Assembly: GCA_022561215.1 (NCBI GenBank) | Contig: JADFRQ010000004.1 | Span: 20,820-84,819, forward strand | DNA length: 64,000 nucleotides | Source: Chloroflexota bacterium | GTDB taxonomy: Bacteria > Chloroflexota > Anaerolineae > Anaerolineales > E44-bin32 | Reading direction: 5' to 3' | Shown here: piece after piece, positions 28,430 through 36,705 of the stretch | Layout of the letters: each line of letters begins with the position of its first letter | Position numbering within the stretch: the first letter of the stretch is position 1 | Program-made: the position numbers and the translations under genes | The notes under the pieces: model-generated | Seen by the model: only the letters and a program-made list of their open reading frames with translations | The model's database searches: none | What the model was told of the DNA's origin: nothing

Positions 28430-29269
28430 ATGCCATCCGCAATAATTTTCCCTCCCCTTGCAGGAGCGGATCCCACCGTAGAGACCCTGCACTGGTATGC
28501 GCGCGCGGCTGGCGTTGTTCCAGGCGCACATATACAGAAACACGCTCAATGGTGGCACCTTACCTTGAAAATAAATGGCGACGATCTCGCGTTTGACAAC
28601 ATCCCGTTTGCCGAAGAGGGGGACAATCTGCAGCTCAAACTGGCTATGCAAGATCATGTTATTACGTTGACTACAGAGAGTGGGAAGGTCAGTCATATAA
28701 GTATGCGCGATGGCAAAACCTCTACAGAAATGGGCGATGCGATCCTCGCTGCTGTGGAAAGGTTTGGTTTCACGAGCGATTACGAGCGCTCAAAATTTGA
28801 GGATGATGCGAAACGTACGTACGATCCCGCAAGCGCCCAGCGCTATTGGAAAATTTTGAAAAATATTGACCGTATCTTTAATACTCACCGAACGATGTTG
28901 TCTGGCGAGAAAAGTCCCGTTCAAGTTTGGCCGCATGGTTTCGATATGTCTTTCGAGCTGTTTGGAAATCAATCGGTAGAGTACGAAAGCCAGGGCGAGA
29001 AAACAACCTATCCCACACAATTAAGCCTGGGCTTTTCACCCGGAGAAGCAAACCATCCGCAGCCCTATTTTTATAGCAACCCCTGGCCTTTCGAAGAAGA
29101 AGTATTGCTGGAGGCCCCCCTTCCCGAGGGTGCACGCTGGTTCACAGAAGGCTGGAAGGGCAGCATATTGCCCTACGCGGAGCTGGTGCAGGATGCCGAT
29201 GCAGAGCAAAGACTGCTGGATTACGCGCGCGCTGTGCATGAGGCCAGCCTGACGATCCTATCGAATTAG
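28430..29269 (+). CDS. Conserved hypothetical protein (DUF5996-like)
   Basis: The layout ETLHWY...WWHLTL...SPVQVWPHGFDMS...PYFYSNPWP resembles DUF5996 as I recall it. The family assignment is tentative. Confidence 0.55.
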   Translation: MPSAIIFPPLAGADPTVETLHWYARAAGVVPGAHIQKHAQWWHLTLKINGDDLAFDNIPFAEEGDNLQLKLAMQDHVITLTTESGKVSHISMRDGKTSTEMGDAILAAVERFGFTSDYERSKFEDDAKRTYDPASAQRYWKILKNIDRIFNTHRTMLSGEKSPVQVWPHGFDMSFELFGNQSVEYESQGEKTTYPTQLSLGFSPGEANHPQPYFYSNPWPFEEEVLLEAPLPEGARWFTEGWKGSILPYAELVQDADAEQRLLDYARAVHEASLTILSN

Positions 29270-29318
29270 TCTTCCGCTAAAATAGTATTTATCGGAGGAT
29301 AAGCGAATATCAATGCAC

Positions 29319-30218
29319 CTATTTATTGGCAGTTCGCGGGGAGCGCTGAAGTTTTAAGTTAACGAACATAATACCCATCAAAATGAGAACCGCACCCACC
29401 ACCAGACGGAAATCCAATAATTCATCCAGGAAAATGACCCCCAAAGCCACACCAACGACCGGCAAGATATAGGTCACAAGAGACGTCCGCGTGGCACCCA
29501 CAGATTCCAGCAGCGAGAAATACAGCAAATAAGCGACGAATGTCCCCAGTAATCCCAACCATAAAATGGCGATCCAAGTTAATCCCCCGCTCGGAAAGCG
29601 GAATGGAAATTCCGCAATCGGGACCGCGGCCCATACAAGCAGATCTGCAAAAAACAAAGGGATAAGTGCCAGGAGCAAGGGAGGAATATTACGCAGATTA
29701 CGTCTGGCATAAACCGCGCTTCCGGCATAGAAGAATGCCGCCAGAAGGACAGCGGCCTGGCCGGCGAACCCGCCACTAAAACTCGCCAGGTTTAGATCGC
29801 GGCTCAAAAGGACGACAATCCCAATAAACCCGGTTATCAACCCTGCGAGGCTGGCAGGCGTAATTTTGTCATCGTCGAGAACAACATGCGCCATGAGGAT
29901 GGTGAACAGTGGGACGGTACCATTCAATACAGAAGTAACGGCGGAATCGATTACTTGCTCCCCTGCCGAGATAAGTACAATTGGGATCGCGCTGTTTACC
30001 GCCCCGAGGAAGGCAAGCTTAAGCCAGAGCGATCGTAGCCGAGGAAATATTGGCTTGCGGATTGCCGCCACCACCGCCAGACCCAATACACCGAATAACA
30101 GTCGAAATGCCACCAGGGTGAAAGGACCTGTTCCTCGTAGGGCGATTTTAATCCAGAAGAAAGATGAACCCCAGATCAAACCCAATACCCCAAACATGAA
30201 CCAATCTTTTGCTTTCAT
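29319..30218 (-). CDS. EamA/DMT superfamily transporter
   Basis: 299 aa with 10 predicted TM helices and a duplicated EamA-type architecture. Confidence 0.85.
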   Translation of the reverse strand: MKAKDWFMFGVLGLIWGSSFFWIKIALRGTGPFTLVAFRLLFGVLGLAVVAAIRKPIFPRLRSLWLKLAFLGAVNSAIPIVLISAGEQVIDSAVTSVLNGTVPLFTILMAHVVLDDDKITPASLAGLITGFIGIVVLLSRDLNLASFSGGFAGQAAVLLAAFFYAGSAVYARRNLRNIPPLLLALIPLFFADLLVWAAVPIAEFPFRFPSGGLTWIAILWLGLLGTFVAYLLYFSLLESVGATRTSLVTYILPVVGVALGVIFLDELLDFRLVVGAVLILMGIMFVNLKLQRSPRTANK

Positions 30219-30450
30219 CGCGTTTGCCTCGAATCCAATAAGGGTACCACTATGGATGGGGTTGCCCCAAAAGATGATCTCTCACCAGTTGAGAGATCAT
30301 TGGTACTGTTTTTGACAGCTGAAGGCAATTAATTTTCTGCATGGTGGGGGCACTCCCAAAAGAGCGATATTGTAATGTGCCTTATCAAGAAACCAGACCC
30401 AGGGCCGAATGGCCCGAACTTTAGCTCGCATCGCACATACGCTTGTGAAG

Positions 30451-30772
30451 GGACAGCGGCTAATTGAAAGAATTCGGTTTTTTATCCCCTATCGAAAGTA
30501 TTGGCCTTTTGGATTGGGCAGCCCCTTACGCTGCGAGGTGGACGGGTTTAATTGCGCATCCCGTATTTCCATCGTGTAGGGGCATCTGGCCAGATGCCCT
30601 TACGCCTGTGATCGGACAGCGGCTAATTGAAAGAATTCGGTTTTCAATCCTACTATCGAAAGTATTGCCCTTTTGGGCAGCCCCTTACTCTGTGAGGTTG
30701 ATGGGTTTGCTTACGCATCCCGTATTTCTATCGTGTAAGGGCATCTGGCCGGATGCCCTTACACTTTCGAAA
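30451..30772. repeat. Tandem duplication of a ~160-bp noncoding unit (units 30451-30613 and 30614-30772)
   Basis: Both units begin GGACAGCGGCTAATTGAAAGAATTCGGTTTT and end in the palindrome GTA(G/A)GGGCATCTGGCC(A/G)GATGCCCTTAC. They are roughly 85-90% identical by eye. Confidence 0.85.
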
Positions 30773-30910
30773 TGCGTTCCCTATTGCACAGGAAAGGCGA
30801 TGGCAGTCCGAGTGAACAGCGCGACTGAAAATGAGGAAACTCGTATTGCAATTCCGCGTGCAGAAGCATACTCGTGGGGATTCCCCGCACTTCTTGAACA
30901 TGACATTCTG

Positions 30911-30983
30911 GGAGGTTGATGGATTTGCTTGCGCATCCCGTATTTCCCTCGTGTAAGGGCATCTGGCCAGATGCCCTTACGCT
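30911..30983. repeat. Third, partial copy of the repeat core with palindrome
   Basis: GGAGGTTGATGGATTTGCTTGCGCATCCCGTATTTCCCTCGTGTAAGGGCATCTGGCCAGATGCCCTTACGC matches the 3' 70 nt of the two tandem units. Confidence 0.8.
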
Positions 30984-31082
30984 TTTCGCAAAACATTCCG
31001 GGTTGCAAGGTATTACGATAGCAGTCGGAGATGGCAGGAGGATCTGAAATTGCACCCTGAACTTCAGTCCGTGCAATACTAT

Positions 31083-31772
31083 CTACAAGGACTCTTTAAA
31101 CGATCCCGAGGCACCTTCGTGGACCAGAAGGGCCATCTTTGTTTTTAGCCCCCCTTTACCAGAATAGCCATGCAGTGCTCCATCTCCGCCTAGAACGCGG
31201 TGACAGGGGATCACTATCGGCATTGGATTCCTTGCCAAGGCTTGACCAACGGCGCGTGCTGCGCGCGATTTTCCAATACGGCGTGCGATCTCACCATAAG
31301 TGCTCACCTCGCCAGGCCTTACTTTCGATGTCGCCATCAAAACTTCGCGTTGAAAATCAGTGACATGTCCTAAGGATATGGGAAGTTCAAATGTTGTGCG
31401 CTCTCCGGAAAAATACTCGAGGAGTTGTCCTCTTACCTGGGCAGTTTTACTGGAGGAGCGCAACGCCCACGCGTTAAAATCCTCTGACAATCTTTTTCCG
31501 AAATCGCGTAAATCCCGACCAAATTCAACGGCTATGACCCCTTTTCCATCCACGGCAGTCATTATGGGCCCCACAGGTGTATCTTCCACGAGATCATAAA
31601 AGACAGTTGATTGTGCGAGAAATTTCTTTAAATTCTCATGCACCTGATTGCTGAGCTCAGCTGTCGGTCCCTTTGCGTAGAGCAAATCCAGATAAACGAG
31701 CACAGTATCTTCGGTGTCATGATTTGACGGCCAATGTTCCAGATCCTTGTCTTCACTGCTTTGATCGTTCAT
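31083..31772 (-). CDS. ogt: Methylated-DNA-protein-cysteine methyltransferase (Ogt/MGMT) with a ~60-aa N-terminal extension
   Basis: The C-terminal DNA-binding/active-site domain is present (VSTYGEIARRIG...AVGQALARNPMPIVIPCHRVLG), as is the Ogt N-domain (GPIMTAVDGKGVIAVEF). The start (ATG 31772 or GTG 31775) overlaps the sigma-factor stop. Confidence 0.85.
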   Translation of the reverse strand: MNDQSSEDKDLEHWPSNHDTEDTVLVYLDLLYAKGPTAELSNQVHENLKKFLAQSTVFYDLVEDTPVGPIMTAVDGKGVIAVEFGRDLRDFGKRLSEDFNAWALRSSSKTAQVRGQLLEYFSGERTTFELPISLGHVTDFQREVLMATSKVRPGEVSTYGEIARRIGKSRAARAVGQALARNPMPIVIPCHRVLGGDGALHGYSGKGGLKTKMALLVHEGASGSFKESL

Positions 31773-32305
31773 CACAAAATCACCTCGATTTTAGACAACT
31801 GGCTCAGTTTTGCACGTAAGGTTTTCAGCCCTTGATAAACATTTGCGCGCGCTGCCTCCTGGCTACAAACAAGCGCAGTCCCGATTTCTGCGTATGTTAA
31901 TTCTTGATATTTGCGAAGGATAATCGCCGCTTTTTGGCGCCGGGGGAGTGCATTTACCTGCGCAGCAAGAAGCGCCAACACCTGTCTTGTCTCTGCCTCG
32001 CGCTCCACCATCCTCGGCGTTCCTAATTGATTAATATCGACCAATTGCGCGTTGCGGGCGCGCTTCTTCCGAGCTGTGTTGGCGCTGTTTGTCGCAATTT
32101 TATACAACCAGGCACGATAGTTTCCACCGGAGGGCAACTTTTCATACGCCCGATAAGCGCGCAAATAAACATCTTGTAAACAATCCTCTGCGTCCTGCTC
32201 GTCAGCCAGCATGCGCCAAAGGTATGCATACAACTCAACGCTATGAAGATCAACCAATTCATTGAAATCGGGTTTAGACGCCACAATAATTTCCAGCCGA
32301 CGCAA
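31772..32305 (-). CDS. ECF (sigma-24 type) RNA polymerase sigma factor
   Basis: Region 2 (DAEDCLQDVYLRAYRAYEKL...YRAWLYKIATN) and region 4 (LPRRQKAAIILRKYQELTYAEIGTALVCSQEAARANVYQGLKTLR). Confidence 0.9.
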   Translation of the reverse strand: MRRLEIIVASKPDFNELVDLHSVELYAYLWRMLADEQDAEDCLQDVYLRAYRAYEKLPSGGNYRAWLYKIATNSANTARKKRARNAQLVDINQLGTPRMVEREAETRQVLALLAAQVNALPRRQKAAIILRKYQELTYAEIGTALVCSQEAARANVYQGLKTLRAKLSQLSKIEVIL

Positions 32306-32652
32306 CTACCATGTATAACTCGCGCAGAGAGTATTTTGTGAAATTCAAAATTGAGCTAATTCTGTGCTTAAACGATCGCCCACAAAACGGGGGGCGGATG
32401 GGTCGCGACGTTACTTGCCAAGGATTTATTCTCTTCATTATGGAATAAGGTGCCGTTTGTTATCACAGATCGTGTATGTCCGGCTGTCCGATTTCTCAGG
32501 GAATCCTTCAATACTTGCGCCGCCCTACAACATCCCCTGGGAAATAGTTTCCGAATCTGCTCCCACTTTTGCAGACAAAAATGAGACGACGGAACCACGC
32601 ATTATCCTCGCCAACAGTTATGTGAAAAACCACATGCGCAAATTTTTACCGA

Positions 32653-33390
32653 TTATCTTCTCGGCGATGATTTGCGACCTTGCGGCTTTTGCACTTGCGC
32701 AAAAAGCAATTTGCGCCCGCGCTCCATAATAGGAGGCCCGTGGGACGGCAGGAGATGCTTAAAATTGCGCTCTGTTAATCGAAGGATTGAATTTTTGGCG
32801 ATCTTCGGGTTGTACGTCGTGAACGGCAGAGGATTGGATAGTCGTCCCCTTATATTTAAAACTGCGTCTCCGCAGATTACCGCGCGATCGGTCTCATGCA
32901 AAAATCCCATCTGGCCGGGTGTATGGCCGGGAAGATGAATTAGCTTTAATCCGTATAGCGAATGTCCTGGCTCTACAATTTGTATATTGGGAATGTTCCA
33001 AGGGGTTGTATTCATCAGGAGACTCCCAATCCAATAGTATGGGTTTTTGGATCGGATCCTCGCATATTCACGATCCCCACGTACAAAAGGAACCTCATCC
33101 GGATGGGCGGCAATGGGCGGGTTCCACGCCAGACGAAGCGCGGAGAGACCGCCGGCATGGTTGTAATGGCCATGGGATAACAGGACAACTTTCGGCCCCT
33201 TCCCGGCTGTGGCCTCGGAAACAGCCTCCACCATTTCCCCTGCCGTTTCCGGGGGTCCGCAATCAATCAGGGCAAATCCTTCACGACTGCGCACCAACCA
33301 AACGGCCACTCGAAATTTTACGATTTGTGCATACTTGAATGACAATTCGAGGCGCGCGATATGGTCGGTAATAAGATGGAACTTAAGCAT
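32653..33390 (-). CDS. MBL-fold metallo-hydrolase
   Basis: From the internal Met (MLKFHLITDH...): LIDCGP, VLLSHGHYNHAGG (the HxHxDH motif with Asp replaced by Asn), HLPGHTPG. The track ORF extends to 33528, which would overlap the upstream gene. Confidence 0.8.
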   Translation of the reverse strand: MLKFHLITDHIARLELSFKYAQIVKFRVAVWLVRSREGFALIDCGPPETAGEMVEAVSEATAGKGPKVVLLSHGHYNHAGGLSALRLAWNPPIAAHPDEVPFVRGDREYARIRSKNPYYWIGSLLMNTTPWNIPNIQIVEPGHSLYGLKLIHLPGHTPGQMGFLHETDRAVICGDAVLNIRGRLSNPLPFTTYNPKIAKNSILRLTERNFKHLLPSHGPPIMERGRKLLFAQVQKPQGRKSSPRR

Positions 33391-33410
33391 CGTAAATGAA
33401 TACGCTCCTC

Positions 33411-34157
33411 TTAAGCCAACTTCTGGATCAGAGCGGGAATTTCGCCAAGTTGCCCGGCTATCAAGTCTGGTTTGATTTTCTCGGCCAGCGCCTGGTTTTC
33501 TGGTGTATTCACATTTTCCATGAGCCAAATCGTATGCATTCCGGCCCTCTTTGCACCGAGGATATCTTCATCCAGCGAATCACCGATCATAACGATTTGC
33601 TTGGCCGCTATATTCCAGTACTCAACGATCCTTCGATAAAGACTATGATCTGGCTTGCGCATTCCTACGCCGGCCGAAACCAAAATAATTTCAAAATAAT
33701 GTTCAATATTCGCCTTTTCGATCAAGCGGTATACGTTCTGCTCGTTGCCAGCATTGGATAGCAGCGCCAGCATGGCTCCCGCCTGATGAAGATTGTCTAA
33801 GACATCCAACATGCTGGAATTTGGGACCCAGTGATTTTCGCTCGGCGAATAGAAATGGCGCATGGCTTGACCAATAAAATCCGAAGATAGTTCCGGATAC
33901 CCAAGCTCCGCCATCACATTGTGAAAGATAATCTCCGTGGGCCGTTCAACATGATCTTCGAGACGTGCTTTGAAACTGAAATCTAGTTGTTTACTAAAAG
34001 CATCGAGGAACTCTGCCCCGTCAAGGGCAAGATCGCTTTGATGCAGAAAGGCGAGCATATCCGATTTTCCTTGATCGATAACCTCTTTCTCATCGCCGGT
34101 AAAATGCAGCAAAGTCCTACCCAGATCGAAGATAACGCCGCTTATGACGCTCACCAA
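33411..34157 (-). CDS. HAD-superfamily hydrolase (subfamily IA-like)
   Basis: Motif I is VIFDLGRTL (second Asp replaced by Gly), motif II LLSNAG, motif IV MIGDSLDEDILGA. Confidence 0.8.
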   Translation of the reverse strand: MVSVISGVIFDLGRTLLHFTGDEKEVIDQGKSDMLAFLHQSDLALDGAEFLDAFSKQLDFSFKARLEDHVERPTEIIFHNVMAELGYPELSSDFIGQAMRHFYSPSENHWVPNSSMLDVLDNLHQAGAMLALLSNAGNEQNVYRLIEKANIEHYFEIILVSAGVGMRKPDHSLYRRIVEYWNIAAKQIVMIGDSLDEDILGAKRAGMHTIWLMENVNTPENQALAEKIKPDLIAGQLGEIPALIQKLA

Positions 34158-34163
34158 CTACCC

Positions 34164-35183
34164 CTAATAGCCTCGCTCAGCAATGAAACGGTTTAAGAGC
34201 GGCTGATCTGCTAAATAGCGCTGCATGTTTTCAGCAAAAAGCTCGATCGCCATTTCGTTATAGCGTGCAGAACTACCGGCGACATGGGGTGAAAGAATTA
34301 CGTTTCCCATCTCCCACAGAGGACTGCTCTCGGGTAGAGGTTCAACCGGATAAACATCTAAGGCAGCACCGGCAATGCGCTTGTCGCGCAGCGCGTCTAC
34401 CAGAGCCCCATGATCCACAATGCCGCCGCGTGATAGATCAATTAGAAAGCTGGAGGGCTTCATCCTCTCAAAAATTTTTTCGTCGACAGTTCCACGCGTC
34501 TCACTGGTTAATGGGATGGTGATAATCAGAAAATCACATTCGGCCGCCATGGAGGCCAGCGCCTGTGGTGGGTACAAACGACGCAGCAGGCTCGAGTCCG
34601 CGTCGCCAAGGTCATCAAATTGAAAGCCCGGGTCTTCTAATTTTTTCAAATCCCGTTTTGTTGCCAGCACCTCTGCCCCAAAAGAACGACAAATACGGGC
34701 GATCTGCCTTCCAATGCTCCCATAACCGACGATTCCTACGGTGCTGCCCCGTAATTGGACGGGTTTAAAACGCTCAAAGCGATCTTCCGCCCAGAGTTTC
34801 GCCGATTTATCCTCCATCATTAAGGGCAACCGTCGGCCCAGGCTGAGCATCATCATGACGGCGAATTCTGTCATGCCGGAGGCAGCAACACCGCTTAATG
34901 TTGTGACTCGAACTTCTGATTGCAGAAGGGGGTGATCGGCGAGATGATCCACGCCAGCAAAGTGGACTTGGACCCATTTCAGATTTGGGGTATCCTCGGG
35001 ATCCGGCAAAACACTCGCGGTGTAAAGCACTTCCACTTCTGCTAATAAATCCTCAGAAAAATCTTCTTCCGAGCGCACCGTATCTACCACCAATTTAAGT
35101 CGAGGGGATAGCGCCTTAATACGTTCGAGTAACTCTTCTTGAAAAGCAATTGTCATCAATACAAGGATGTCAGCCATTGGCAC
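34164..35183 (-). CDS. D-isomer-specific 2-hydroxyacid dehydrogenase family protein
   Basis: NAD-binding VGIVGYGSIGRQIARI, plus the catalytic region RGGIVD...ALDVYPVEPL...SPHVAG. Confidence 0.85.
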   Translation of the reverse strand: MPMADILVLMTIAFQEELLERIKALSPRLKLVVDTVRSEEDFSEDLLAEVEVLYTASVLPDPEDTPNLKWVQVHFAGVDHLADHPLLQSEVRVTTLSGVAASGMTEFAVMMMLSLGRRLPLMMEDKSAKLWAEDRFERFKPVQLRGSTVGIVGYGSIGRQIARICRSFGAEVLATKRDLKKLEDPGFQFDDLGDADSSLLRRLYPPQALASMAAECDFLIITIPLTSETRGTVDEKIFERMKPSSFLIDLSRGGIVDHGALVDALRDKRIAGAALDVYPVEPLPESSPLWEMGNVILSPHVAGSSARYNEMAIELFAENMQRYLADQPLLNRFIAERGY

Positions 35184-35329
35184 ATTCTACATCACGAGTT
35201 ATGGTCGGGAAACCTGCCCGTTCATCCTTATAGAAGAACCGCCCAAAAGAGCTTCACATTTGTTCGGCGAAGTGCAATGCAACTTGAACCTTCCGCTTAG
35301 AGAACATTACGCTTATACGACACTTCACC

Positions 35330-35359
35330 TTGTTGCGACCGAACTTTCCCGCGTATAAT
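35330..35359 (+). promoter_or_regulatory. Putative promoter of the MoxR-like ATPase gene
   Basis: Perfect -10 TATAAT at 35354-35359. The -35 candidates, TTGTTG (18-nt spacer) and TTGCGA (15-nt spacer), are suboptimal. Confidence 0.35.
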
Positions 35360-35384
35360 TCCCTATAGTACCTCAGAGGCTACC

Positions 35385-36272
35385 TTGAACATCGAGTCGA
35401 TTGAAGACCTGCAAACCAAACTTGGCAATTTGTCGTATATCGCCGATCGAGGATTATCCACCTCGATTTATCTTGCTTTGAAGCTGCATCGGCCGCTTTT
35501 CCTTGAAGGGGAAGCTGGGGTTGGCAAAACAGAGGTCGCAAAAGCCCTCGCATCCCTGTTGGAGACTGAACTTATCCGCTTGCAGTGTTATGAGGGATTA
35601 GACATCCACCATTCTGTTTATGAATGGAACTACACTCGTCAGATGCTGCATATTCGTTTGCTCGAATCTCAGGGCAAACAAGCAAAAGAAACAGAGCTTT
35701 TTGGTCGCGATTTTCTCCTCAGCCGGCCCTTGCTGCAGGCAATCGAATCCACCGCAAAAAATCCTCCCGTCCTTTTAATTGACGAGATTGACCGTAGCGA
35801 TGAAGAATTCGAGGCTTTTCTTCTCGAAGTACTCTCTGAATTTCAGATCACCATCCCAGAGATTGGCACGATTAAGGCCGCGCGACCACCCGTGGTAATC
35901 ATCACTTCAAACCGCACCAGAGAAGTGCACGATGCCCTTAAACGACGCTGCCTCTATTTCTGGATTGACTATCCTTCGTTTGAAAAGGAGTTGGCCATTG
36001 TTTCGGCGAAAGTTCCGCATGCTCCTGCACAGCTCAGCAAGCAAATAACCCGATTTGTTCAGGAACTGCGCCATGAGGATTTGTACAAATTGCCTGGCGT
36101 GTCAGAAACGCTCGATTGGGCAGAAGCGTTGACCGCCCTTGATCAACAAGTTCTCAAGACGGAGATTGTCGAAAACACCCTTGGCGTCATACTCAAATAC
36201 GAGGATGACATTATGCTCATTCGCGAGCAACATCTTGCCTCCATTATGGACAAGGTGATAGAGCTAGCGTGA
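35385..36272 (+). CDS. MoxR-family AAA+ ATPase (CoxD-like)
   Basis: Walker A GEAGVGKT, Walker B LLIDEIDR, plus RLQCYEGLD...YEWNY typical of the CoxD/MoxR subgroup. TTG start. Confidence 0.85.
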   Translation: MNIESIEDLQTKLGNLSYIADRGLSTSIYLALKLHRPLFLEGEAGVGKTEVAKALASLLETELIRLQCYEGLDIHHSVYEWNYTRQMLHIRLLESQGKQAKETELFGRDFLLSRPLLQAIESTAKNPPVLLIDEIDRSDEEFEAFLLEVLSEFQITIPEIGTIKAARPPVVIITSNRTREVHDALKRRCLYFWIDYPSFEKELAIVSAKVPHAPAQLSKQITRFVQELRHEDLYKLPGVSETLDWAEALTALDQQVLKTEIVENTLGVILKYEDDIMLIREQHLASIMDKVIELA

Positions 36273-36705
36273 CATCCCCAACGATGCAATCCAACCTCTG
36301 CTAACAACCCTCTATCGCACCATGCGGGATCCCCTCTCTTCCTGAAAGGCCTTAATCTCGATAGTTTATTGCCAGCATAACGGCCAATTGGTGGTGATCG
36401 CCGTGCGCGCTACGCATAATCTGGCTTCTTTCCGTAGAATTTCATAGGAGCCGTATGAAAGCGCCTTTTCGCGCACCTTTTAGAGCCCTATTGTGTTGCC
36501 TTGCCCCACTGATTTATCCTTTGAGTTTGCGTAGCTTTCGAGTAAGGATGGGTTATGCCTTAATGGATAGCTGCACGCAGGATGATGGTAGGGGAGACTT
36601 AGCTCGCTATCGGAGGGAGGTGCGCAAGAATCCTACACTCCTAGCCTAAGGGAAATGTACCCGATCTCCTAAATCATTTATGTCAAGTTTTTTGGAGGAT
36701 ATGGA

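Noticed and set aside
30464-30919. 151-codon plus-strand ORF
   Set aside because: It is a translation of the tandem DNA repeat: the same peptide (HPVF.SC.GIWPDALT) recurs with the repeat period. It has no RBS and no family resemblance, so I treat it as noncoding repeat.
30451-30983. Possible CRISPR array
   Set aside because: The units are about 160 bp and directly abutting, with no unique spacers of regular length. There are only 2.5 copies and no cas genes in the window.
36273-36705. Purine (guanine/adenine) riboswitch upstream of the NCS2 permease
   Set aside because: The conserved junction sequences (UAUAAU, UUUCUACC, GACUAUG) are absent on the plus strand.
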